From positions 1 through 64,000 of the forward strand of contig JBMFRC010000013.1 in assembly GCA_049968235.1 (NCBI GenBank): a stretch of 64,000 bases of DNA. The letters are read 5' to 3'. Positions 20,091 to 30,025 of the stretch are shown here, piece by piece (position 1 is the stretch's first letter; each line of letters opens with the position of its first letter). This DNA comes from Candidatus Hydrogenedens sp. Lineage in GTDB: Bacteria; Hydrogenedentota; Hydrogenedentia; Hydrogenedentales; Hydrogenedentaceae. A program made the translations under genes and the position numbers. The notes beneath the pieces were generated by a model. That model was not told the DNA's origin. It did not search any database and worked only from the letters and a program-made list of their open reading frames with translations.

Positions 20091-20254
20091 CGAACACAGA
20101 GATACCCGGAGAAGAAAGGAAAGGATTTTTTCAATGCACAAAACACAAACTTCACCTTTACAACCCCCTATCTCAAATATGATTTTATCCTTGTAATGTG
20201 GCAGAAATTTTTTTAGGATAGGAAAGGGATTGTTTTAATTGCTTACCCGGGGGA

Positions 20255-21748
20255 TTATTTCTCTTCTCTGTTTTTGAAAAGATAGTCTGTCATAGATTGT
20301 TTATGTTGAAATAAGACTATAGGTCTATAGGCTACTCTTTTCCCACCGGAATAAGGGCTTTTATCTTCCTGAAAAGCGTCAGATGAATAGAATTTAAAAA
20401 GCAGGTCTATATCTAAGGGAGTATATAAAGATAAACATATCCCATGGTTGGATGATGGTTGTTCAAGCCATTGATTGGTAAAATCAGAAATGTTTATTTT
20501 TATCCATCCTGTCCGAAATGGTAATTCCCAGATATTGAGAGGGTCATCCGAAGTATGAATTGGGGTATTCCAATTTGTTTCTAAAGAAGGAATACCATCA
20601 ATACCTTCAAACTCATCCGAAAGCCCATCTCCTTCTTCCCATACATCATTTATCTTTTGAACTTTTATACGAACAGGCTCAGACCCAATTCTTTTTATCT
20701 CTGCCAGATATAACCAGATAATGGCTTCTTTCAAATCTTCCTTTTTCCATTCTTTCGGCAAATCAAATTGAATTAGAATTTCTCGTCTTTGATTTTGTTC
20801 TATCCCGAGTGTTAGGTAAGGTTCTTTACCTGCATTATTTTCTGGTTTTCCTTGTATGATGGTGGTATCGCGAATGGACTGGATAGGAATAAAATCATTA
20901 TTCTTCCGGACATAAGGTGCATATTCCAGACTATTCTGGATAAAATAATCTCCCACAATTTTTGCGAAATAAAATTTCATAAATGTACTTACCGCAGATG
21001 CATTATGGTCAATACCCCCGTAATAATAATCTTTGTAATGCTGATATACCCAGTTATGTTTTTGTTTCATTATGTAAAATTGGGTCATGGCAACAAGTGG
21101 TCCGGAGGCAAGATAGCCCTGTTCACGGGTACAGCCTGCTTTTAATTGTTCTAAAGTTACCTGTTTATTTATTTTCTGGAAGCATGACAATATCGTTTCA
21201 AAGGGCCAGAATAGTTGTAAGGGTATGGGAGGAACAATTTCCTTTTCTGCGAACAGAAAAATATCCGTAGAGAATTCTGCTTCTCCATGAGAAGTTCCTC
21301 CTTCTTCTCGTGCAGAGGTTAAGAAGGAACGATGCTTTGCTTCATCGAAGTGCCAGGGAATATCGGAAATATCATGCACAATCATCCCGAGAAAAAATGC
21401 CAACTCTTTCCGTGCTTCTGCAGGGGGTAATTGGGGAAGTTTTTGTTGCAATACTTCCACGTATGCGGTTATAAAAGGGTTCCAGTGGGAAGTTTCTGCA
21501 CAATCGGGATTTATTTCTCCATAGCCCCAATCAGGGAAGGAACAACCTGCATAGAAAGCGGGATATACTTCTTTATCTTTGAACAACTCTGCTAATTCAA
21601 GATACTGTTTTTCCCATTCCATAATATATTTCTGAATAGCCTCCATGCCTATCTCTATATGAGCCCGAACACCAATGGCATCAGTCCTGATACATAGAAA
21701 TAAACAGAGGAGAATGAATAAGTATATATTTCTGTTTTTCATTCGCAT
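20255..21748 (-). CDS. Secreted protein with an N-terminal zinc-dependent phospholipase C / P1-nuclease-like domain and a C-terminal DNRLRE-like domain
   Basis: There is a signal peptide. Motifs CSFPDWGY, SHWNPF and GMIVHDISDIPWHFDE parallel the STYPDYD / HFWDPD / HYFGDIDTPYH metal-ligand motifs of Zn-PLC. The C-terminal NQRREILIQFDLP resembles the DNRLRE motif. Confidence 0.45.
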   Translation of the reverse strand: MRMKNRNIYLFILLCLFLCIRTDAIGVRAHIEIGMEAIQKYIMEWEKQYLELAELFKDKEVYPAFYAGCSFPDWGYGEINPDCAETSHWNPFITAYVEVLQQKLPQLPPAEARKELAFFLGMIVHDISDIPWHFDEAKHRSFLTSAREEGGTSHGEAEFSTDIFLFAEKEIVPPIPLQLFWPFETILSCFQKINKQVTLEQLKAGCTREQGYLASGPLVAMTQFYIMKQKHNWVYQHYKDYYYGGIDHNASAVSTFMKFYFAKIVGDYFIQNSLEYAPYVRKNNDFIPIQSIRDTTIIQGKPENNAGKEPYLTLGIEQNQRREILIQFDLPKEWKKEDLKEAIIWLYLAEIKRIGSEPVRIKVQKINDVWEEGDGLSDEFEGIDGIPSLETNWNTPIHTSDDPLNIWELPFRTGWIKINISDFTNQWLEQPSSNHGICLSLYTPLDIDLLFKFYSSDAFQEDKSPYSGGKRVAYRPIVLFQHKQSMTDYLFKNREEK

Positions 21749-21930
21749 ATTTTATTTCTACATAAAATAATTTTGTATATAAGACTACCTGTTTACCTTT
21801 TTAGTTTCCTTTTTGTTAAAAAAGAATAGGTAAAACGGATGACAACAGATAAAAAACATCTCCATATAAACGATACTTCATAGTTACAAATAGGCAATAT
21901 TTTGCAAGGTAAATAATGATTAAAGAGTAT

Positions 21931-23091
21931 TTATGGAGGGGTAATTTTTCCTAAAACTACTGGATGAGATGCTCCTGTAACCTGTGGTATATTGGCAGGT
22001 GTTCCACATATGGTTTCATTCCCGAGGATAGCAAAAGAAAGTGCCTCACGCGAAGAGTTTGGTATTCCATATTGGTCACTTGTAAATACCGGAATGGGTG
22101 CCAGACTTTTTGATAGCCACTTATGTATGGTTCTATTTTTCGCACCACCACCACCAATAATAATATGGTCGATTGTATATTGAGTTTTCACAAATCTTTC
22201 ATAAGCATCAACAATGGTTCGAACTACCATAGTTGTTACCGTAGCGACAAGGTCTTCTACTGGATATTCCTTACGACTGGCTAAAGCATCTCTTAAATAA
22301 TTTTCTTCACTGAAATCGTCTCTACTGGCTGTTTTAGGCGGAACTTTAACAAAAAAGGGATGGTCTAATAAATATTCAAGAAATTCATCAATAACCTTTC
22401 CATGTCTTGCCATACGACCATCACGGTCCATATTTTCCGCTCCGCGTGTAAGAAGACGGACTGTTGCATCGATAGCCATATTTCCCGGACCTGTATCGAA
22501 GGCGAAGATTTTTTGGAAATCCGGGTCTATCACCGCCATATTAGATATACCCCCAATATTTATACAAAGAATAGTGCGGTTAGACCTGCGGAAAAGTATC
22601 CAATCCGCATAGGGCATTAAAGGAGCTCCCTGTCCACCAGCTGCCATGTCGCGGGCTCGAAAATCTGAAACCACAGGCAGACCTGTTCGTTCCGCAATTA
22701 CCGCAGGTTCTCCAATTTGAAGGATACCCGTTTTTGAGAAGGTTGGTGGAGCAAGGTGTGCAATGGTATGCCCGTGAGAAGATATTAAATCCACTTCAAT
22801 ATTCTGCTCTTTGGCTATCTTCATCATTTCCAGCGCCGCCTGTGCCAATAACTCTCCCAGTTGAAAATTTAATTGGCAAATTTCTCGGTCCGTTTTATGT
22901 TCTGACAACAAAGCCAACCGAAAATCTTCGTCATAGGGAAATGTATTCGAAGCAAGTAATCTCATTGCCATTTCCGGACCGGAACCTTTCAGACGGACTA
23001 ACACCGCATCAATACCATCACAAGAAGTACCGGAAGAAAGACCTATTATATAACGCGGTATTTTTTGCTGAAGTGCTCGCAAATCAAACAT
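21931..23091 (-). CDS. anmK: Anhydro-N-acetylmuramic acid kinase
   Basis: The N-terminus YIIGLSSGTSCDGIDAVLVRL matches the AnmK GLMSGTSLDGID motif. Length is 386 aa. Confidence 0.85.
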   Translation of the reverse strand: MFDLRALQQKIPRYIIGLSSGTSCDGIDAVLVRLKGSGPEMAMRLLASNTFPYDEDFRLALLSEHKTDREICQLNFQLGELLAQAALEMMKIAKEQNIEVDLISSHGHTIAHLAPPTFSKTGILQIGEPAVIAERTGLPVVSDFRARDMAAGGQGAPLMPYADWILFRRSNRTILCINIGGISNMAVIDPDFQKIFAFDTGPGNMAIDATVRLLTRGAENMDRDGRMARHGKVIDEFLEYLLDHPFFVKVPPKTASRDDFSEENYLRDALASRKEYPVEDLVATVTTMVVRTIVDAYERFVKTQYTIDHIIIGGGGAKNRTIHKWLSKSLAPIPVFTSDQYGIPNSSREALSFAILGNETICGTPANIPQVTGASHPVVLGKITPP

Positions 23092-23224
23092 AAATCACTT
23101 TACCTTATGTATAGATTCAATTTATTTACATACTTATTATATAATTTATTGACACCATTGTCAATAATAAATATTCTCTAAAAAACATTTATTTAAGATA
23201 ATATATTAATAATAATGCTCTTTT

Positions 23225-24214
23225 ATGATTTATAGTTCCTTTTCATCAAAAAAGAATGCCTATTTTATAACTTCTCTCTGTTTATCCATTCTAAAAAAAA
23301 CAAAGCAATCATGGAAAACAGTTCATTCACTACTTTCTATGGATGAAGAAAAAATACTCGATATTTTTAACAATCTGGAAAACATTAAACAACTCGATTA
23401 TCAAAACATTCACATTTCAAATATTATTTTTCAAGAAATATCCACAATTACCCCGAAAGATATAAAAGAAGCAGAACAATTATTAATTAAGGTGCAAACA
23501 GAAGGTTGGAATATCTCTTTTTATAATGCAAAATATTATCCCCAACAATGGCAATATTTACAGGGACAACCACCTCCATTGATATTTTTTAAAGGAACAC
23601 TCGAATTAAATAACAACAACACAGGTATTGCCGTAGTAGGAACTACACAACCTACTGTAAGATGTGTAGAAAAAGTTAAAGAATTAGTTAAGTTCATTAT
23701 CGATACTGGTGCTTATCATATTTCAGGGGGTGCTTTGGGTGTTGACCGAACAGGACATGACACAGCCCTTCTGCTGGGTGGCACAAGTCAGGCAATTCTT
23801 CCCTGTGGTATTTTTCATTACACCATTCCTTATTATTGGGAAGAGGCGATTAAACACGATAAAATGCAAGTCATTAGCCCATGGCTCCCTACTGCAAAAT
23901 GGGAATCGCAACAAGCAGTCCGAAGAAATCTGTTCATTGCAGTTCTTGCTAAAATAGGATGTATTTTACAACCAACCCATGAAGGGGGAAGTCTGCGCGT
24001 TGCTCAAGATATATTGTCGCGTAATTTACCTGTGTTTATATACGAACCTCAGTATTACGCAAAAGTATTAAGACATCTCCCCCAGGTATTACCGCTTGTA
24101 AACGATGAAGGAACAATAAACTTTACTTTGGTGGAACAAGCCATAATAAAAGTCAGAGATATAATAGAGGAATCACCGGGAAATTTATTTGATTTGTCGA
24201 ACAGGTCAGGTTAA
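23225..24214 (+). CDS. DprA/Smf-like DNA-processing protein (Rossmann-fold DprA domain)
   Basis: GIAVVGTTQPT ... HISGGALGVDRTGHDTALLLGGTSQAILPCG fits the DprA core. The start is uncertain; the ATG at 23339 is an alternative. Confidence 0.55.
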   Translation: MIYSSFSSKKNAYFITSLCLSILKKTKQSWKTVHSLLSMDEEKILDIFNNLENIKQLDYQNIHISNIIFQEISTITPKDIKEAEQLLIKVQTEGWNISFYNAKYYPQQWQYLQGQPPPLIFFKGTLELNNNNTGIAVVGTTQPTVRCVEKVKELVKFIIDTGAYHISGGALGVDRTGHDTALLLGGTSQAILPCGIFHYTIPYYWEEAIKHDKMQVISPWLPTAKWESQQAVRRNLFIAVLAKIGCILQPTHEGGSLRVAQDILSRNLPVFIYEPQYYAKVLRHLPQVLPLVNDEGTINFTLVEQAIIKVRDIIEESPGNLFDLSNRSG

Positions 24215-24239
24215 ATTAACCCTTCCAAATTTATTTAAC

Positions 24240-24986
24240 TTAAATACCTAATCTCTGTTTTAATAATTGTTCTGTCTTCTGGAATACTTCATCGGGTGTC
24301 CCATCTGCAGTAATCGTTAGCAACAATCCCTCTTTTTCATAATAATCCGCTAATGGGGCTGTGCTTTCTTCATAAGTTTTCAATCGCACCCGTATGGCTT
24401 CAGGTTGGTCATCTTCCCGCTGGAACAATTCACCACCACATTTATCGCAAACACCTTCTACCTTTGGAGGATTAAAGATAATATGAGCGGTGCCTTTACA
24501 CTGTTTACAGGTCCTACGACCACTCAAACGTTTTACGACTTCCTCGGTATCCAATACATAGTTCAAAACAACATCTAATTGGATATTTAATTCTGCTAAT
24601 AATTCCTTTAATGCTTCTGCTTGATGTACTGTTCGGGGAAAACCATCCAGTAAAAAACCATATCCACTGCTCAAACAATTTTTTCGTTCCCGAACAAGGT
24701 TAATAACGGTATCATCGGATACAAGTTTACCTGCTTTCATTGCAACCATTGCTTCTCGCATAGCAGGACTTAAGGATTCTTCAGGTGTATTTTTTGCTGC
24801 ACGAAAAACATCACCTGTGGATAATTGAACCGCTCCATATTTTTTGCTAAGATACTCCGCCTGCGTCCCCTTACCAATTCCCGGCGCCCCTAAAAGGACA
24901 ATGTGCAAAGGGCGAGCAGGTTTGGGAAGTTCACTTTTACATTCTGTTCCATAAAGCCATGCGTTTATGACACCTTCATTTGCCAT
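24240..24986 (-). CDS. adk: Adenylate kinase with a zinc-binding lid and an unusual roughly 27-aa N-terminal extension
   Basis: It has a P-loop LLGAPGIGKGTQ and a Cys4 lid CKQCKGTAH ... CDKCGG. A strong RBS aggaggg supports the upstream start. Confidence 0.9.
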   Translation of the reverse strand: MANEGVINAWLYGTECKSELPKPARPLHIVLLGAPGIGKGTQAEYLSKKYGAVQLSTGDVFRAAKNTPEESLSPAMREAMVAMKAGKLVSDDTVINLVRERKNCLSSGYGFLLDGFPRTVHQAEALKELLAELNIQLDVVLNYVLDTEEVVKRLSGRRTCKQCKGTAHIIFNPPKVEGVCDKCGGELFQREDDQPEAIRVRLKTYEESTAPLADYYEKEGLLLTITADGTPDEVFQKTEQLLKQRLGI

Positions 24987-25156
24987 AAGGATACCCTCCT
25001 GATTATTTAAGGTTTTATCTTTTATTAATTAATGGAATGTGTATTAGTATAACAAAAAAGAAACTTTCTTTCATTTTTAAAGTCTTTTTCTTGAATACTC
25101 ATATAAGATTAAATATACTCATAACAGGGGTAAACAAAACTATTATAAGGAGTGAA

Positions 25157-27826
25157 ATGATGAAAACAACAAAAAATTTATTAGGAACTTTACTCATTTG
25201 TGTAATTCTCATTCCATGGTATAGTTTTGCAGAGATACTACCTCTGGAACAGAACTGGCAGGTCCAGACATCCCGAGGATTGAATCTCGAAGGGAATGTA
25301 TTATCAACTACCAATTGTGTTACAGATAGTTGGTATAAAACAAAAGTGCCCAATACGATTCTTGCGGTGCTTGAAGATAGTAACGTTTATCCCAATTTAT
25401 ATTATGGAACAAATTTGAAGAAAGTACCGGGCTATCAAGATGACCTCTGGTTAATTATGCCGGAGAATAGTCCTTTCCGTGACCCGTGGTGGTATCGAAC
25501 AGAGTTTTCTGTCCCTGCAGAATGGAACGGGATGGAATGCACACTTCATTTTGAAGGTATCAATTATGAGGCGGAAATTTGGTTGAATGGACAAAAGATA
25601 GCGGACCGCTCTGAAGTGCGTGGTATGTTTCGTCGGTTTGAATTTTCTGTCTCCCAAAATCTGAAATATGGCGAAAAAAACGCATTGGCAGTGAAAATTT
25701 ATCCGCCGGGTCTTTTACCGTATAAAGATTATGATACAAAACAGATAGAAGCAACTACGGGTTGGGATGACCATAATCCACAACCACCGGATTTGAATAT
25801 GGGAATATGGCAACCTGTGTATATAAAAACACAGGGAAGCATTGCGTTACGACACCCGTATGTTGAAACTCAATTGAACCTTCCTTCATTGGATTCTGCA
25901 GATTTGACTGTATCTGCATGGATAACAAATATGAAGGGGCAAGAAGTAGAAGTTACTGTGAGAGGGACTATCGAAGACCGTGTTTTTGAACAGAATGTTA
26001 AATTAAATCCCGGGGAGAAACGGGAAATTATTTTCAAGCCAGAGGAATATCCTGTCCTGCACGTTCGATCTCCTCGTATCTGGTGGCCCGCACCGTTAGG
26101 GGAACAGAATTTATATATTCTTTCTATGGAAGCAATTACTCAGGGGAAAGTTTCTGATACGGCACAAACCCGTTTTGGAATTCGGGACATTCGTACCGAA
26201 CTGAACGAAGAAGATTGGCGTGTTTATTATGTCAACGGGGAAAAAATACTTATTCGGGGTGGAGCATGGATGACTTCTGATATGCTCCTCCGTCTTACTC
26301 GAACCCGATATGAAGCATTAATTCGCTATGCAAAAGAAGCCGGACTGAATATGCTCCGTTCGGAAGGTTTCTCTATACGTGAAACAAATATATTCTATGA
26401 CCTCTGTGATGAATATGGGGTTATGGTAACACAGCAAATTTTCGGTAGAACAATATTAGAAGAGGACCTGGCAATTCAATGTGTTGAAGATATGATGCTT
26501 CGTATTCGCAATCATCCAAGTCTGGTTCATTTCTTAGGACATGACGAAACCTTTCCATCTGAAAAATTAGATACTGCATATCAGGAACTGATTGCCCGAC
26601 ATCGTATCCACCGAACCTATCAGCCCCATTCCGGAACATTTGTAACAACAACGCGTCGCTCCACAGGAGGAACACGCACAGGCACACGAGAACTATGGAC
26701 CTACGCAGGACCTTCTCATTATTACCTGAGAACTCACGATGGAGCATGGGGATTCGCACAATCCGGAGGGATTGGCGGGATTATTGCAAGTCCTACCAGT
26801 TTAAGAGAGATGCTTCCTGCAGACCAACTCTGGCCTGCATTAGACACCGAAGCATGGTCATTCCACACAGTCATTCAAGGTGGAAGTTACTTCTACGCTT
26901 TGCGGGAGGCAATGAACAGTTGTTATGGTTCTGCAAAAGATTTCAATGACTTTTCAAGGAAAATAGAAGCCATGAACTTTAACAGTGCAAGAGGAATGTT
27001 TGAAGCATATGCAAGGAATAAATATAAAGCCACAGGAATTACAACATGGAAATATAACACCGCCTGGCCCGCGAGTATAACCTGGCAATATGTGGACTGG
27101 TATCTTCGTCCAACATCCGCATATTACGGCGCTAAGAAAGCGTGTGAGCCAATTCATGTTTTATATGCCTATGATGATGAGTGTGTATGGGTGGTAAATA
27201 GTTATCGAAAAGAAATAGCAAATTTGCGACTATCCGCAGAAGCGTTTCATCTTAACGGAGGAACCTTCTGGTCTCAAACAAAAGATAACATTACAGTAAG
27301 CCCGGACGGGAAAACAAAGATTTGTGAAGTAAATATCCCCGAAGAACAGCGGAGACCCATGTTTTTCCTTCGTCTCCAACTATTTGATGAAACGAATCAC
27401 CTCATCTCCACAAATACCTATTGGCTTTCAGCGACCCCGGATATTCCCGGTGTTAGCGGGCATAATCTTAAAGGAATTTTTTATACTCGACCCAAATCCA
27501 AAGCGGATTTTACAAAATTAAACGAATTGGAGAAAACAAAAATACATATCCGAGGGGAAGAAATTTTAAAAACAGAGAAAGAGCGTATTTTTAAAGTTCA
27601 TGTAAAGAATACGGGTAGTAATATTGCATTTATGCTCATCCCTGAATTATATGCCCCTGATAAACCCGGTTATGAACTTCCACGAGTTTATTGGTCAGAA
27701 GGAGGGATTATCCTGCGTCCATCTGAAGAAATTACGATACAGGCAAAAGTCCCACTGGATACCTTACCCGAAAAGATATCGCCTTTGTTCAACGTTCGTG
27801 GTTGGAATGTAGAACAAATACAATAA
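25157..27826 (+). CDS. Glycoside hydrolase family 2 protein (beta-mannosidase / exo-beta-glucosaminidase-like), secreted
   Basis: A signal peptide follows the ATG at 25157, with an RBS aaggag. GH2 sugar-binding and TIM-barrel signatures (WWYRTEF ... NGQKI ..., NMLRSEG) are present. The track start at 25037 is probably an over-extension. Confidence 0.7.
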   Translation: MMKTTKNLLGTLLICVILIPWYSFAEILPLEQNWQVQTSRGLNLEGNVLSTTNCVTDSWYKTKVPNTILAVLEDSNVYPNLYYGTNLKKVPGYQDDLWLIMPENSPFRDPWWYRTEFSVPAEWNGMECTLHFEGINYEAEIWLNGQKIADRSEVRGMFRRFEFSVSQNLKYGEKNALAVKIYPPGLLPYKDYDTKQIEATTGWDDHNPQPPDLNMGIWQPVYIKTQGSIALRHPYVETQLNLPSLDSADLTVSAWITNMKGQEVEVTVRGTIEDRVFEQNVKLNPGEKREIIFKPEEYPVLHVRSPRIWWPAPLGEQNLYILSMEAITQGKVSDTAQTRFGIRDIRTELNEEDWRVYYVNGEKILIRGGAWMTSDMLLRLTRTRYEALIRYAKEAGLNMLRSEGFSIRETNIFYDLCDEYGVMVTQQIFGRTILEEDLAIQCVEDMMLRIRNHPSLVHFLGHDETFPSEKLDTAYQELIARHRIHRTYQPHSGTFVTTTRRSTGGTRTGTRELWTYAGPSHYYLRTHDGAWGFAQSGGIGGIIASPTSLREMLPADQLWPALDTEAWSFHTVIQGGSYFYALREAMNSCYGSAKDFNDFSRKIEAMNFNSARGMFEAYARNKYKATGITTWKYNTAWPASITWQYVDWYLRPTSAYYGAKKACEPIHVLYAYDDECVWVVNSYRKEIANLRLSAEAFHLNGGTFWSQTKDNITVSPDGKTKICEVNIPEEQRRPMFFLRLQLFDETNHLISTNTYWLSATPDIPGVSGHNLKGIFYTRPKSKADFTKLNELEKTKIHIRGEEILKTEKERIFKVHVKNTGSNIAFMLIPELYAPDKPGYELPRVYWSEGGIILRPSEEITIQAKVPLDTLPEKISPLFNVRGWNVEQIQ

Positions 27827-27954
27827 TAAAATCCGCAATCATTATCCCTGATAAGCCATAGAACAAATAAGAGTGATGAGATAGATAAAAAAGAATTTAA
27901 ATCATTATCCATACATTACGAAGCATTTATATTACTTATCCAAAAGAGTTTCGT

Positions 27955-29466
27955 TTAGTACACTTCTATTTCTACCACTTGAAATAAGGATTGATGTGTG
28001 GAATTGTATGTAGGAACAATACGCAAATAACGAGCAATCTGTGGTGAAATTATATCTATTTGCCAACCCCGATTTTCTCCCTCGGTTTTATCTACAACCG
28101 TTTTCCAGTTATGACCATCTTCAGAAAGGTCTATATGATATTGGTAATAACGCTCATCCAGATTGAAAAGTAATAACTGTATCCGATGAACCATTATATC
28201 TTTTGAGAAGTCCAGAATAATTTCTCCGGGAATACCACAACAGCCAAACCCTGCTGTTCCTGAATAGTTCGTTATATCCCCATCAATCATCCATTCCGGA
28301 TTTAAGGATGAACAAAAACCCACATCCGGTTTTATTATTTTCGTGCCATTATCCCGGTAAGCATAGTTATTACCATTGCGGTCAGGAATTTTGTATTCAA
28401 CCATCGGTGGTAAATAGGAAGGCGGTTGATATGTTCCATGAATGAAATATGCAATGTCACGATAAATACTCTTCAATCTATCATCTTCACTATGAGCCAA
28501 TTTATAAATGGTATCATTTGCCTGATACCAGGCTATAGGCTTCTTTCCCCATTGAAAATATATCCCAGCCTGCAAATATTGTTGAAAGCGTAATTGATGC
28601 GTTTCGGATGTAAGAATCCTATCATCCAGTTCCATTTCTACACTACATTGAAACTGTTGAATACGATAGCCTGCCAGAACAAGTCGTTTTTCACCTCCGT
28701 CTCCCTCAAAAAAATAATTGGGTTGAAGAAACATAAAATCAAAGTTGAGGTCTTTCCATAACCAAACATTGTTCCCTGTAAAATAGGGTATCCAGAAGAA
28801 TTTTAATTTGTTGTTGTGAATTATTTCCGCTACAGACTTTATTAGATTTTCCCTGCCTGATGGAATAGACTCTGCAAGGTAGTAAAATCCCATGAAGTTC
28901 AAATGCTCATAATTTTCATTATGAATTTGGTAGCAGACATCATCGATATACCATTGTAATGCCTTTAAGGCATCTTCCGTTTTCCGAAAATTTAGTGGGA
29001 CTTCAGAACCCGGTAATGTCCCAAAATTTATGCAGTTTATATCCGGTTCCGGAATTGTAATGATGATATTTATTTTGTTTTGTATTTTCCCTTCGTTTTT
29101 TATTTTGCCGACGCATTGATTGATAACATTAAGACATGATGTCCATCTAGTGATAAGCCATTTCCACTGCTCAATTGTTGTAATTTCCTGTTCCTTGTCG
29201 CCACCCCAGAAAAATTTCCCATCCGAAGAACGATACTCAATCAAAAGAAAAGTATCAAACAAAGGAAAAGACTTTCCTGTTACGTTATCCATATAAATAA
29301 GATATGGTTCAAAATCTTCTGACTGCCAATTCCTTCGTTGGTCTGAACCATAATAAATTAAACAAATATTCTTTATATTTTCCTCTCCATACAAATGATT
29401 ACACAAAAAGAGAATTACGATATTTGTTATCAGGACAAATTTTATAATGATAACTTTTTCTTTCAC
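27955..29466 (-). CDS. Secreted protein with a C-terminal F5/8 type C (discoidin) domain; the N-terminal region may be glycoside-hydrolase-like (DUF4855-like)
   Basis: The C-terminal WMIDGDITNYSG ... GWQIDI ... YLRI pattern is typical of discoidin domains. The N-terminal assignment is tentative. Confidence 0.45.
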   Translation of the reverse strand: MKEKVIIIKFVLITNIVILFLCNHLYGEENIKNICLIYYGSDQRRNWQSEDFEPYLIYMDNVTGKSFPLFDTFLLIEYRSSDGKFFWGGDKEQEITTIEQWKWLITRWTSCLNVINQCVGKIKNEGKIQNKINIIITIPEPDINCINFGTLPGSEVPLNFRKTEDALKALQWYIDDVCYQIHNENYEHLNFMGFYYLAESIPSGRENLIKSVAEIIHNNKLKFFWIPYFTGNNVWLWKDLNFDFMFLQPNYFFEGDGGEKRLVLAGYRIQQFQCSVEMELDDRILTSETHQLRFQQYLQAGIYFQWGKKPIAWYQANDTIYKLAHSEDDRLKSIYRDIAYFIHGTYQPPSYLPPMVEYKIPDRNGNNYAYRDNGTKIIKPDVGFCSSLNPEWMIDGDITNYSGTAGFGCCGIPGEIILDFSKDIMVHRIQLLLFNLDERYYQYHIDLSEDGHNWKTVVDKTEGENRGWQIDIISPQIARYLRIVPTYNSTHQSLFQVVEIEVY

Positions 29467-29738
29467 AGGTAAGGTCCCTTTATAAGAAAAAACAAAACAA
29501 AAAATATGTTTATACTTTGCAGTTATTATACTTACTTGATGCTTCTTTTATAAATCTTTGTTATTAATCCCGGAATAACATTAAAATATATAAAAATATT
29601 ATTTACATCTTGACTTTTACAATATATTGTGGTATTGTAATAATTTGCACTCTATATAATGTGATTTTTGCTATAATATTAAAAGTTTGAATATAGGAAG
29701 ATAAATATTGAAAAGTAGAACATCATAAGGTTTAGGTT

Positions 29739-30011
29739 ATGTCACCTGATATTCTTGTTGAAGTGGGAAGAAAAGCTATCTGGATAACGCTAATGGTTTC
29801 TGCTCCAATGTTGCTTACAGGAATGTTGGTTGGGCTTCTTATCAGCATTCTGCAATCCGTAACGCAAATCCAGGAAATTACCCTAACATTTGTGCCAAAG
29901 ATATTAGCAGTTTTTATTGTCTTCTTAATTGCAATACCGTGGATTTCAAGTGTACTGATTATTTTTACACAAGACCTATTTAATCAAATTCTCGAATTTT
30001 CTCGACTATGA
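29739..30011 (+). CDS. fliQ: Flagellar / type III export gate protein FliQ
   Basis: 90 aa with two TM helices. VGLLISILQSVTQIQEITLTFVPKI is the canonical FliQ/SctS motif. Confidence 0.85.
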   Translation: MSPDILVEVGRKAIWITLMVSAPMLLTGMLVGLLISILQSVTQIQEITLTFVPKILAVFIVFLIAIPWISSVLIIFTQDLFNQILEFSRL

Positions 30012-30025
30012 AGGGTTAATTATGG

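Noticed and set aside
19861-20196. ORFs 19861..20196 (plus) and 19931..20155 (minus) over the CTCCGTG repeat region
   Set aside because: The translated products are low-complexity (poly-Ser/Pro/Leu, Arg-rich) and are generated by the repeat itself. I annotated the region as a repeat or non-coding element instead.
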